Of a DNA stretch of 64,000 bases, positions 37,749 to 49,500 are shown piece by piece. Position 1 is the first letter of the stretch. Each line of letters begins with the position of its first letter. Where the stretch lies: the NCBI GenBank assembly GCA_964036045.1, contig OZ038378.1:62558001-62622000 (forward strand). Direction: 5' to 3'. The notes under the pieces are model-generated. The model made no database searches. It was not told the origin of the DNA and saw nothing but the letters and a program-made list of their open reading frames with translations. Made by a program: the position numbers and the translations under genes. Origin of the DNA: Eutreptiella sp. 'Long Island Sound 2002'. Lineage: Eukaryota > Protista > Euglenida.

Positions 37749-40700
37749 TGACGTGAGGAGCCCTAGCAATCAAAGTTCCAACAGTGTTCCTCATGCAAGA
37801 TATAGTCATGTGGGTATCGTTCACGACAAGGAACCTCTCCGACGCGCAAGCTGGGGCAGTATGTACCGCACCGGGCATGGAGAGGGCCCATATCCAACGT
37901 ACCAAGAAGGCGAGGGAAGAGCTCAAGCAATACGTTGCAATGGACCCACAGTGGTGGCAAGAGTTGAAAGGCCACATGGTGAACACCCGCCCCCCTCAAG
38001 CGGACCTCTTCAAACAAAAGCCGCGGGCATCAACGGCTCCACGGGATCCTTGGCTCTCCGAGGGATACCCCGTTTGTACCTTGGTGCCGCGCTGTCGCCG
38101 CATGGATCGCCACCATCATCATGGTCTTCCGTCCCTCCAAGGTCATGCCCCTGGTGGACATATAGTGCCTCGTGCCGGCGTGAGAGCCTGGTAAAACAAG
38201 AAGCGGCCCCTCACAAGGACAGTGTGAACCTCGCGTTGGTGTGGAGGCTCTTCCCACTGACTCAAGCGTCCGAGATGTGTGGACGGCCGCCAGGCAGCGG
38301 CGGTCAGCGAGGAGCAGCTCCGCCCAAGGCGTGGTCGCGGGCAAGACTGCAGCGCAAGATCGCGGAGGAGCGTGTGGATGCCAGCGCGGGAGCCCAATAA
38401 GCGGCGCCCTGGAAGATCCAAGAGACAGACGGAGGTCCCGAAGAGCTCCGCATGGCAACGGAGTTGGGAGAAGAGTGGATGGACATCCCGCTAAACGACG
38501 AATAGCCGGTGGTTGCAGAACTCCTTCTGTGGATCAGAGCGGCCTTACGAGGCCCCGCTTGGGGGAAGCCTGCGGCGGAGGCAAGTGCTTCCAAGACGCC
38601 ATGGACGTCCCCATTCCCAGACGGGTGAAGACGGAGGACATAAACAAGCACCTAGAGTTGCGTTTGGGGACACCTCTGAGCCCTTGCCAAAGACAAAGGA
38701 GGGTAAGATGAGCCAGGTGTGTATGAGACCGATGGCCCATGGGGTATGCAAGGGGATGGTCATCAGAGGAGAAGAGATCAAGGCGCACACGAAGAGGAAG
38801 CGCCGAACAAGCGGTAGCGACAAGGAAGCATTCAGCGACACAGAACAACACGACGAACGCAGGGGCGATGCAAGCGGCGACAGGAGCCGCCGTATTGGGC
38901 GGAGTAGAAGCAAAGACAGCAAGGTCGCCAGGACGGAGACGAGAAGTGGTTCTTTGGTTGCTACTGGTGCGGCCAGGATCACACGTCAACTGCATGCCAT
39001 GCGGTGGGCCCCGTCGCCCAGAAAGAGAGATGCACCCGCTGCGGCAAGAAAGGACCCATTGCAAAAGTCTGCGGCGTAGTAGCAGCCGCTATGGCGGCCT
39101 CTGTCAGGACCTACGGCAAGCCGTGGCAGTTTGAGCACAATCTGCCGGAGAAAGAGGAGCGCCGAGACCGAGACCCTAGCCCCGTAAAGAGCGTTACGAC
39201 ACCGCAACAATCACCAGCAATATTAATGACGCAGCAAGGAGAGAGCGCATTTCAAGCAAACAACCTCCCGATGCCGTGACTCCAATGGGAGCCATGGCAA
39301 GAGCGGCGACCGCAGCCGCCGCAACAGCAGGGACAAGCGGAGGGATTCGAGCAAAGACCGCGGCATAGAGTGCAGCCGCGGCCGCTGAAGGAGTCGTGAA
39401 CCGCAGAAAGTCAAGGGCCGAGACAAGAGGCGTAGCTAACTCAGGAGCAGTAAGCCAGATCGTCAAATTGCGACCGGCAACAGTGAACGAGAAGAGCGTA
39501 CGAACCCCCGAGGCCCCCCCCCGCGCTTGGCCCCCCATGGCAAGGGGGCTTCTACTGCAGCCCCAAGACTTGCAGCGCCTGAACGGCGTGGAGGCGTTAC
39601 GGCCAATGCTAGCAGCGCACGTCTTGGGCCTCGTGTGTCGGGCCCGTGGGCTCCTAGGATGGGCCTCCCTTGTCTTCACACTGTCTTCGCCTCGTTGCCT
39701 GCCGCCATCATGGCCTATGTTTCTCAGCCCCCTACACGCCTGCTTGCTCTCATCACTGCTGCCGCCGTCGTACCATCGTGCACTCGCGAACGCACCATCG
39801 CTCCGGCAACTCCTGGCGTTGCCCGTGACCCGACACCTTCTAATAGTTGCTCCCATGCGGTGTGCACCATTGGTGCGCCCCCGCCCGTGCTCTCGCTGCT
39901 CTTCGCTGCGGCGCTCCGTGGGGGTCCTTCTCGCCGCACGCTAGCGCCGCTCTCCCGCTCCACTTGGCACTCGTGAGGTCTCTCTTCGGGAGGTCAGCCG
40001 CTGCCTACCGCTTGCCACCCGGCCCACATTTCTGTTTTCCCGTGCCGCGCCACCTCGCACACCGTGTCGTCCTCCCTGCCGGCCTTTCCGCCCCTTGGGT
40101 ACGCCCTGGGTGCAAGCAGAACTCCAGCTTGGTTTGCTAGCACCGCTAGGCTTCTAGCCCCCCCATATTCGCTGTCGGAGTTTCGTGACTCCTGCCCACA
40201 GCGGACTCCACTACTTTCTTGGGCTGCGGCAGTGCTTGGCCGGCTCGGACTCAGGTGATTGCTTTGATCACCCTGCCCTCAGCAAGTTGTATCGGCCGTA
40301 TCGTCGTGGCGCTAGCGTGGCTATACATCACTCAGTTGGCCTTCCACCTGCCTAGGGCCGCTAGCCCCTGAATGAAAACTTGGAACATCGTCGCACACCT
40401 GGGCAAGCGCCCCAGGGACAGCCTCATATACACTTGGCACTTGACATATGGTGCCCGCACTAGCATACTGCTTTGCCGTCGCGTGGCTGCTAGGTGGGGA
40501 GGGGGGCGGTCCCTTAGGGGCCAGGCCACACCTGTTTGAGCCCCAGCCGGCGTCCGTGGGTGATGGGGTTGTCAGGGCTGCGACATCGCGTGCCCCCCTC
40601 AGGCTTCCCACTCACCGTGGACCCCGGGTGCATTAGGCGTGCCTGCAGGGACCCTTAGACTATGTCCCCGTACCTCGGCGGCACCCTCCTCTACGGGTTC

Positions 40701-42695
40701 CCTGACGTCGGCGTCAGCAGTCCTTGTGACTTCCGCACTGGCACCATGGGGCTCCATGTGGGTAGCGGCACTCCAAGTAGCGGTGGGCAGCCAAGAGGGA
40801 ACACGGCGCGTGGGAAAAGACTGCCGCCCCCACGGTAGCGCGGCGGTGGCAGATCGGAGTGCACAGAGTGCAACCTGTTACTCTGCTGGGCGGAGTGGCG
40901 ACCTGCGGGCACCAGTTGGGCGGTGGCCGGGCCATTGAAGGCCAAAGAAGTTTGGAGAAAGTGGTTCAGGTGCGACGGACCGGTCAGACAGAAAGCGCCC
41001 TCCCGGCTTGGACGAGAGGGCTGAGAGGGAGGTGTGTGTCCCAGAAGGGAGAGTAGGCGAGGACGCGCCCGCGCGTGCCGAGGGACGAAGGGGACCGCGA
41101 TTGCCGCGCGGAAATCTAGAGAGGCGGAACAAGGCAGTGCCGGCACATGATGGGGAGGCACCCTAGGAGCCGGCAGGCCGGTGCAACGCCCGAGGCCCGG
41201 CATGCCTCCGGCCTAGAGCGCGGGCCCGCAGGGAGGGGAGAGAGCCGGAGGACAAGCGAGCGCCGCGCAGCGGTGAAGGAGTCAAAGTGTGCGCAGCCCG
41301 ACACTCTTGAACGACATGTAGAGAAGGAAGAGCCGTCCACCGATGGAGAACAAGGTAAAGAGGTACCATCCGCCGCGGTAATGAGCCCGGGAGCTGTGGA
41401 GAGTGCCTACGTTACTAGTGTTGAGGGTTCGGCAGAGGGCGACAAATGGCAAGAGAATGGAGCCTAAATCAAATGTGAGTGTGCAAGTACTTGCCAGCGG
41501 CAGCATCACCACAACCCACATCCCACATGTAGTCAACAAAAACGGCGATCCGGCGATCAAGCGAATGGAGTCCGAGACCTCGGTGCCCGGGCGAGAAGCC
41601 CGCACTGCGACACGCGGGTAGACTGTGACGGCATGGGCGACCCGAGCGGAGTGCAAGCTCAACACAGGTGAGCAAAGGGAAGTATTCAAGCTCACCTCTG
41701 AATTACACATGCCCATGTGGTCAGGCGGTGACATGCCGGCGAGGCCTGGCATCTTTCCTCCACGATGGCACGCTGGGAGGGCGCCAACGACATGGCTTAC
41801 GAAGGGCCTCGGGGCAGGCGGGCTGACAGCATAACAACAATGGGCGGGTAAGCTCCCGTACGAGGTGGAGCTGGCACCGGTGTATGGAATAGTATCCACG
41901 ACGAGGCTCAAGGGGGCACGCCGCCTTGGCACTACGCTCAAGGAGACACACGGGCAGCCTGGTAGCGGCACCCGTGGTTGGCACCGATCTGCGGCATGCG
42001 AGGGTTGAGCTGCAGGACCATGACCTAGTAGGCGTGGTGGGTGTGCTCTCGCCGCGTGGGTCGGCCGCACTCCACGACGGCGAGGATATTGTGCACCTGC
42101 CACAGGCAACGGCGGTGGCCTTTGCCGGGCAAGGGCGGGCCCCGATGGTGCTAGCGCCAACAACGGTCAAGTGGAGGTGGCAAATGGAGACGATGGTCCG
42201 GACCCTAATGGTCCGACCCTTCTCGTCCTGCGCATCGCACCGATCAAAGTACGCGGCTGCCGTCGGAGGAAGATAGAGGTGTCAGCTGCTGCCCTCACGC
42301 ACAACGTCGATGTGCTAGGCCTCACTAAGACCTTGTCTTGCACGCAAGGCAAGGTGGAACGGGGATAGCATGAGCTCTGTGAATCACGGGCCGGAAAGTC
42401 TGAAGGTAAGGTCCTCTTGGTCCACACAAGACGCTGATTTATAGAGGAGCCCAAAGCCGTTACAAGACATGTGTTAGTCCTGCTGGTGAGGTACGGAAAT
42501 AATAACTTGGCTGAAGTGGCAGTGGTGTACCGACCGGAAAGGCACGAGAGAGAGGTCTTGGATGGGCTCCAACATGTGGTGTGGCTGCACCCCGGGCCCT
42601 TGATGCTGCTCGGCGACTTCAACAAGGAGGCGCAGCGATGCACCGCGTACCAACACCGCATCGGAGCGTGGGGGTACACAACCTACCGCACATGG

Positions 42696-45147
42696 GATGT
42701 TCCGCCGGAAGCAGTGGACCAAAACCCGCGCCCCCTCTTGAACCCCTACTCACCTGCTGCAGTTGTGGTTGACAACGGGACCCCAATAGGCCGGGGATGT
42801 TGTTCAACAACGTTCTAAATGGGCTGCCTACACGCATATGCATGTGCACATGCGAAAGGGCTCTCTTTCTAATTAGCCTAAAACCGCTAGAACCGGTTCC
42901 AACGGGTGGTTCCAATGGGGCTTCCAGCGGGGGTTCCAACGCTAGAACCCCCCATATACAGGTTGCAACGGAGCTTCGAACGGAGGTTCTAGCGCTCCAT
43001 TTTGGTTTCTCTTCATGTCTCAGCTCTCCTTTTTTTAATGTGGAACCGCCTGCAGGCCTTTCCCCCTCTGTCCGAGTGGCTGATGGCTGCCTTTGAGGCA
43101 GCTGGGACTAGCGGGTACGCCGGGCCCCCGCAATTGCCCTATGCCCGGGTGGATGTCTTGGTCCGCGGCTCCCATTGGCCTGCCTGCCAGCGCTGTCATG
43201 GCCCAGCCTCCGCATCCGCCAGTCCCTCTTGACCAGCCGCGCTTCCGGGGGGCTGAGTAGCTTCCTGGAAGCCCTCACCGACCGGAAACCCCTCGCTGTC
43301 CGTCATTCAAGTCCAGTTGGTGGCACACGACACCGTGGCGTTTGACAAGGCCGCCCGGGCCACGGTCAACTTAGAGCCAAAAGCCACCGTCCGCCTGCAC
43401 GTGCCCAAGGGCCCCGGTGGGGAACCCTTGTTCTCCAACAACAAGCCCCCCACGAAGAATCTAGGCAAGGATCTTTACACCCTCCCTCACCCCCACAAAC
43501 ACACCCACCGCTACCTCGAACCCCATGTCCCCTCAACACTGCCCAACTCTTCCCTCTCCCGGGACACCTCCTATTGCTGGCAACCCGACAACCTGGGTCT
43601 AACCACCCCCTCTTTCCATGGTTGCCCCTAGCAACTTCATTCCACTCCCTCTAACCCATCCCCTCCCCGTCATTGGTGCCAACGAAGCCACGATCAACTA
43701 TGACCCCCAGCACGTACCCATAGTGGCCACTCGCTTCGTGGATGTTAGCGCCTCCCCATCCCACATCCACCTCCCCGAACCCCTTCGGGACCCTGTGGAC
43801 ATCCCCCTCCTTGTTAACCTCTGCACGGAGGCCAAGTGCCTGCCTAGCCGAGTGTTACAGGGCATTTTTAGTGCTGGCTTTTTTGACGCCCACAAGGAGC
43901 GAGACGTCGGGGACAGGGCCGTGGTTTATGCCATCCCCAGCTCAAAAGCACACCCCAAGCCCCCTGAGGATATCAGCCCCACCTACAAGTTGATGCACCG
44001 TGGAGGCCTTTGCCCAGGAAGTTGTTAAACTTCTAACCCCACACTTCAAGGTGGAAATGTGCCTCATCTGTGCCGGTTAGGTGCGTGTGCAGGTCAAGGA
44101 GCGCTAATTTTGGCACAGGGACATTGCCCTTGCCCTTGGCACGGCGGGTGTCCATGTGTGACCGTCTTCGGCGTTATCAACATGGAAATTGCAATGGATG
44201 ACAATGTGGGTAGGGTGGTATTGGGCTCACACGAGGGCGTCCCCAACCCGTGGCCAGTTTGCTATAACTACACGCCAGGTTTTCTCGCAGAAGCCTACTT
44301 GTGCGATCCGCCTGATTTCCGATGGGGCAGGCGGGGGCGGGGCATACGTATGGTTTGTTGCTCATGTGTTGTTGTCCAATTTTGGGAGCTTTTATGGTTT
44401 GTGGAAGGTGCGTGTGCCACTAACGGTTGCACAAAACTAGTGTTGTTCCCGCACACATTGCCAAGATTGGGGAGTTTTGCGTGAGGATGGGGTGTGAGTC
44501 CTCCCCTTTTGTGCACTGGCTGGTAACGCACTCCAGTGCCCTGCTCAAGAGGTAGGGGCCCTTGTACATTTTTAATAGGATGCCCTCTCATCACCGTTTG
44601 TCCCGCCGTGGATTACAACATGTTATGGGAATGGAAGACTTGGAATCCGGCTTCCGGATGCAAGCTGCACGCGTCAATCTCGAACAGCCTGACGCCATAC
44701 GGGAAAGGAGAAAGCGGCACTGGAGCTTTGTATAGTGTTGGAGTCCACATTTTTGCTTGCGTTGTGTTCCCACGGGGCAGTATGTTGAGATTGGGCACAT
44801 CCCCGAAGAGCTAGAACCCCCCCCCCCCCCCCGGAACCCCCCGCAAGAAACGGTTCTAGCGTTAGACCCTCCCGCCAGAATCCCCGCCGGAACTGGTGCT
44901 AGCACTATCCCCCCCGCTAGGGCGCGCGCCAGAACCCTTGCCAGTAACCTGCTAGAACCGCTTACAGCGCCAAGGGGGAATTGCAAACGGCGTGCCTCGG
45001 GGTCAACGCCGTAAAATGACTTGAGATGCCAACATTTCACACTCAAGGAAGGAGTTTTGACCCCCAAGATGGGGGGTTTGACGCCGTTACCCCCAAGTTC
45101 CAAAAGACACGCTGGAACCCGCTCTTGTAGCCCACTGCTTCCGCGCG
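42696..45147. mobile_element. ~2.45-kb insertion in the LINE APE domain carrying a dioxygenase-like gene
   Basis: Flanked by ACATGG (42690-42695 and 45148-45153). Near-terminal inverted CGGAAGCAGTGG (42706) / CCACTGCTTCCG (45132). Removal restores GYTTYRTW-TWRGAGAYTQERS...TNHRII in frame. Confidence 0.7.
43317..44450 (+). pseudogene. PhyH-like 2OG-Fe(II) dioxygenase relic no. 1
   Basis: Across frameshifts: FWHRDIALALG..VTVFGVINMEIAMDDNVGRVVLGSHEG ... YLCD/RLI..GAGG. This matches the PhyH-type WHxD, GSH and distal His-region layout. Confidence 0.6.
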
Positions 45148-46559
45148 ACATGGACGTGGAGGGGAGCGGGAGCGTACACCCAAGAGCGGTCTATGACACC
45201 CTTCATCATGATCGTGCGTGACATGCCGGCGACCTTGGTGCAAGTCCTCGGTCGCACCCCGGTAGGGACCAACCATCGCATCATCTCGGCGGAAAAACAG
45301 ATACGAGGTACATACTGAGTGGCCCCCATCGGTGCCCAGCCACCCCTAGCCCGGACGCGGTGCCAGTCCGTTACCCTAGAGCAGTGGCAACAGTTTCGAG
45401 AATGGCTTGACCCATGGGCCCACCCGTATGAGTCTGACGCGGTCCTGCTAGCCGACGCATGGCCGGAAGCGACCATGGAGATCCTGGTGCGGGCCGTAGG
45501 GCCCCCTGCCTTCCTGTAAATTGGCGCGAGTCGAGGCACACGAGTGGGGCGCGCTGATGGCGCGCAAGAGCAGATGGTAAGCGCGAGCGGCATACGAGGA
45601 GTAGCAGCACGTGTTCTTTGATTGAGGGCCACAATGCCCTAAAGTTTGCTCGCGGGCTGCTGGGGTAGCGGCGGCGCAACGTCTTTGCAACCATTGCGAC
45701 TGTTATTGATGCGATGGGAGCCCCACAAGCAGGAGCGGCCACGATGCGAGAGTTCGCTATTTAGACGAAGCACAAGCACGGGCGGCCGACGCGTTTGTTC
45801 CCCGACCTTGGGGCGGGGCACACCGAACCAGACCTCCCGATGGACACATGGATCAGAGCGGTGGCGGTCCGACAGCTGCGAGCCCTGGGAATCGGGCATG
45901 GTCACCGCAGTGATCAAGCAGCTAACGGTGAATTAATTGTCAGCTAGGAGAGAAGCGGTGGGCAAGACGGGTGCACTCTCGTACATCGAGCCAGTGCTCT
46001 AGTTTGTGCTGCATGTGCCCATCCGCAAGCGCCCAGTCGTGCGGATAGAGGAAGACACAAGGCCCATAGCGACGAAAGAAGAAGTCGCCAACAAGGTGGC
46101 AGTGAGCGCTGCCATCACAAAAATGTCGCAACCTGCGAAAGCGCGAATTCTTTATGTTTGCGCACCACTGTTTTAGTGTGTCACTGTGCGTGCGACCTGT
46201 GCGATGTGTCATGCACCCTTTGCGAACAGCACTTTTGAATGAACATGCCAAGGTCGCCGACTTTTGGCCACTTTTGCCCGTTATTCCGTGCCCGTTTGCC
46301 CGTTTGCCGTGCTTACCTTGCCAAAAATTAAAGAAATTTACACACACGCAACATGTAGCCCTAGTGGAAGCTAACTTCGGTTCGATTCGCAAAAAACCGT
46401 TAAATTCGTGCGGAAATCCGCATATCTCGTTGGCATGTCTCGTTCGCATGCACATGTATTTTCTATTGGCGTGAAGATCACGCGGCTATGTCAAAGGTTT
46501 TTCAAGTTCCGCTCCTTTCCATGCTTTTGCTCGCCTGTGCAGCTCTCATTTCTCTTGCA

Positions 46560-49500
46560 ATGGCCCCCTCGCAACGTGGCAGCCTCCCGGACTCAGCCGC
46601 CGACACCATGCCCACTTCCTGCCCCCCCCCCCCCCCCCCGCCCGCCCACGATGGGCGAGGCTACATACACTGGGGGCCTACTCGTGGGGGGGGGGGGTGG
46701 AGTGGGCAAAGGTTTTGGTCCCCACCCGGACCCCAATCCACATTGACAAGAGGGAACTCGTGCGTGACGGTGCTCCCCGCAAGAAGGCGTGGACCACGGA
46801 CCTGTGGCACCAAGTGCACCTGGCTCTCCCCGACTTGAGGGCCGTGCGCCTTATCCCCGCCCCCAATACGGTTGACTCCCTTCGTTGGGGTCATGTCACA
46901 GGACAAGTCGGAGAAGTTGCAGTTGGGGGTTTGCACTGTCTACCCCACCACTAACCTCTTGGACTGCCCCCCCCCCCCCCTACATGGACATGAATGCGTT
47001 GAATGACTACTTCCCTCCCAGTGATCCGCAGAGGGACCATTCTTCTTTGCTTTTCGGTGGCAGACCGCTAGTGCTCAATGGGGGGATGACTTAGAGCTCT
47101 TCCCTGCCCACCGTGAGGTCCCCCCCTCCACCACATCCCCGACACTAATCTTCCCACGCTTCATCAGATGCGTAGGTTGAGTTGGTATCCAGGATCGGCC
47201 GACCCCCCTCCCCCTTCATTACCCCTCAACCCCCTTTGCGAACCGCACCCTTGCTGGACCCCCCCACCTATGTAAACCCTAACCCATCGCTCCACCCCGA
47301 CCGTCCCGCACCTCCCATGCACAAGAACTTTGTTGATGGGCTCGTTTATACGGTGACTGGAGACGCCCTCACTTTTGCGGACTGCAAGACGGCTTGGGAC
47401 TGGGTGGAGAAAATCTGCTGCGAGGGGGAGGGGATAAAGTTCCATAGTTCTTCAATGTTGTGTTTATCGTACAAAATGTGGAAAAACAACAAGCCCATCC
47501 CTCCTTGCCCGACCGTTACCATTCCAGACCGGGCAAAGCAGATCAGCCGGCTGGTAGCGTTTTGAAAAAGCTTGTTGCCTACCTGAAGGACAAGATGCCT
47601 TTCCCCTTTGAGTCTCTTTACCCCATGCCTCTCGTTTCCGTCATCGTGTCTAGTGTAGAGTCCGGCGATCAGCTGGCCCGCACAGAGACCTCCACCGCCC
47701 CCCACGTCGTCCCTTAGTCCGACCGGTCAAAATTGTACTCCCACCATTCCACCTTTGTGGCCCTCTCCCCCCAGTACCGCGTGGCGGGAACGGCCTCGGG
47801 GGAGACCGAGGTGGAGATTTCGGACGAGGTCTTCTTTAACCAAGGGGAGCTTCTCGTCATCGTCAACACCGCCCTCCACCAAGGTGTCCCGGCCCACGCC
47901 GGTCAACACATACAAGGGGCCATGTTCACGTCGTGGACCCCCGACCAAAAGCATGTCAACGTGCCGCCCAAATCACCCACCTGGACCCCGCCATTGACCC
48001 GTTGCTCAGTAAAATTGTGGGGACCCTTGACCAGCAAAAGGTCCCCATGTATGGCAAACTCCTTGTTGTGGGGAGGGTGTTGGGGGGCCAATTGGGGCTG
48101 GCCGTGGAGGACCTTTGGGACGATGTTTTCAACCCCCCTGAAACCCCGGGTGCATAAAGACCATCTTCGGCACCCGCTCGGCGGCGGGCCCTCACCCCGT
48201 GATCGTCCATGGCGGGGAGGTGGTGTTGTGGCGTGGGCCGTACCCGCACGAGCTGGCCTAGGCCGGCCGGACGGATGGGGATGGCGTGGTGCAGCACGCA
48301 ATAGTTGGGTACCTGCCGCCAGAGCGGGCCCCGAGCTGCTGGCAGTTGCTGAAAGAGGCGCTGCTGTTCCGCAACGCCAGGGATGCGAAGAAAGGCGGAC
48401 TAAGCATCGACTGCCCGTGCAAGGTGGAGGTATGGTGCGTGTTGTGTGTTGCCGAACCTCAAATTCGCGCGATTTTCGCATGATGGTGCCATCGGTGCGC
48501 TTTGTGGAAGCCGTTCGCATCTTGCTTCCCGTTTTCGCGCGGTTTTCGAGCGTTTTGATCATTTCATAATTCCGTTTGCTCTTTCGTGATCGCTGTTCAT
48601 TTGTAGGAGACGTGGAACTACTAGGAGCCTAATCCCAGTGCGCAACATCGTACGCAGCCGCCATTCGGCCTTGCCGTGAGGCCCAGTGGGAAACTGTGTC
48701 GCGTACACTTTCCTCCTCCCCCTGAGGAACACCTTCGAGCACCACTCCGGATGTCTCGTCGTCCGAAGCTGCCGTAGCTGCCCCGCCACCTTCGCACACA
48801 GCGGTGGTGGCGCAGCCGAACGCGGGGCCAACAGTGACCCGCCCGACGCCCCCGTCATCCCAGTGCTGAGCATGCTGCGTGTCCCGCCCCTGTTGCCCTA
48901 GAGGCTCGAGCTTGCGGGCCGGAAGCGGGCTAGGATCGAGTTCGTGGCGGCGACCGGGGAGGTCGATGTGGAGACGCAGACGGGGGAGCGCACCCCCCCT
49001 TGGTGCGCGTTTGAAACCCAATGTTGTTCCGGCCAAACTGTTCCAATGTTCTAGGCTATTTGGCCGGAACAAAAAAAGTTCAAAATTTATTTACCCCGCA
49101 ACCAAGCCTACCCGTACATGGTGGCAAAATATGTTGTTTGCTAGCCTTGGGGGTCCCCGCTGGTATGCTCATATTTGTTGCCCGGCGCGTTGCCACGTGA
49201 AAAACACTTGTTTTCAAAAACAGTTTTTGTTAGAACACCATTGGAACACCGCCGGAACAAGTTATTGGAACGTCGCCGGAACAAGCACTCTACAACAAGA
49301 GCAAAGCACAAGGAAGGGTAAAATGGTAACAATGTAGCGCAGCCATGATGCCCACGGCCAACTGATGCCCGTGGCCTTGGGATCCGAAGTGCTCACCGCG
49401 GGGGCCAGCTCCAAGGGGGCCAGTAGATCTTGCCAGCGCTGCTGGAAAGCCCTCTCGGGGCAAATCGGACGGGCGAATGGAAGGCCCGTGGTCGCGGTGT

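Larger units (their letters stand above)
33620..46140 (+). mobile_element. Long non-LTR retrotransposon relic (gag-like ORF1, APE endonuclease, start of RT) interrupted by nested insertions
   Basis: Gag knuckle CTRCGKKG(P)IAKVC at 39031-39072 (CCC for CAC). APE motifs LRIAPIKVRG, DVLGLTKT and LLGDFN (42225-42630), TNHRII (~45275). RT start VPIRKR...TRPIATKEEVANK (~46015-46095). Confidence 0.75.

Noticed and set aside
43880-43930. FDAHKERD as a TET/JBP HxD motif
   Set aside because: A better WHRD...GSH PhyH-type set lies just downstream; the AHKE match lacks the Asp and is probably chance.
29660-47000. Frequent poly-G/poly-C runs as functional G-quadruplex sites
   Set aside because: They occur throughout unrelated decayed elements and often coincide with frameshifts, which fits homopolymer slippage.
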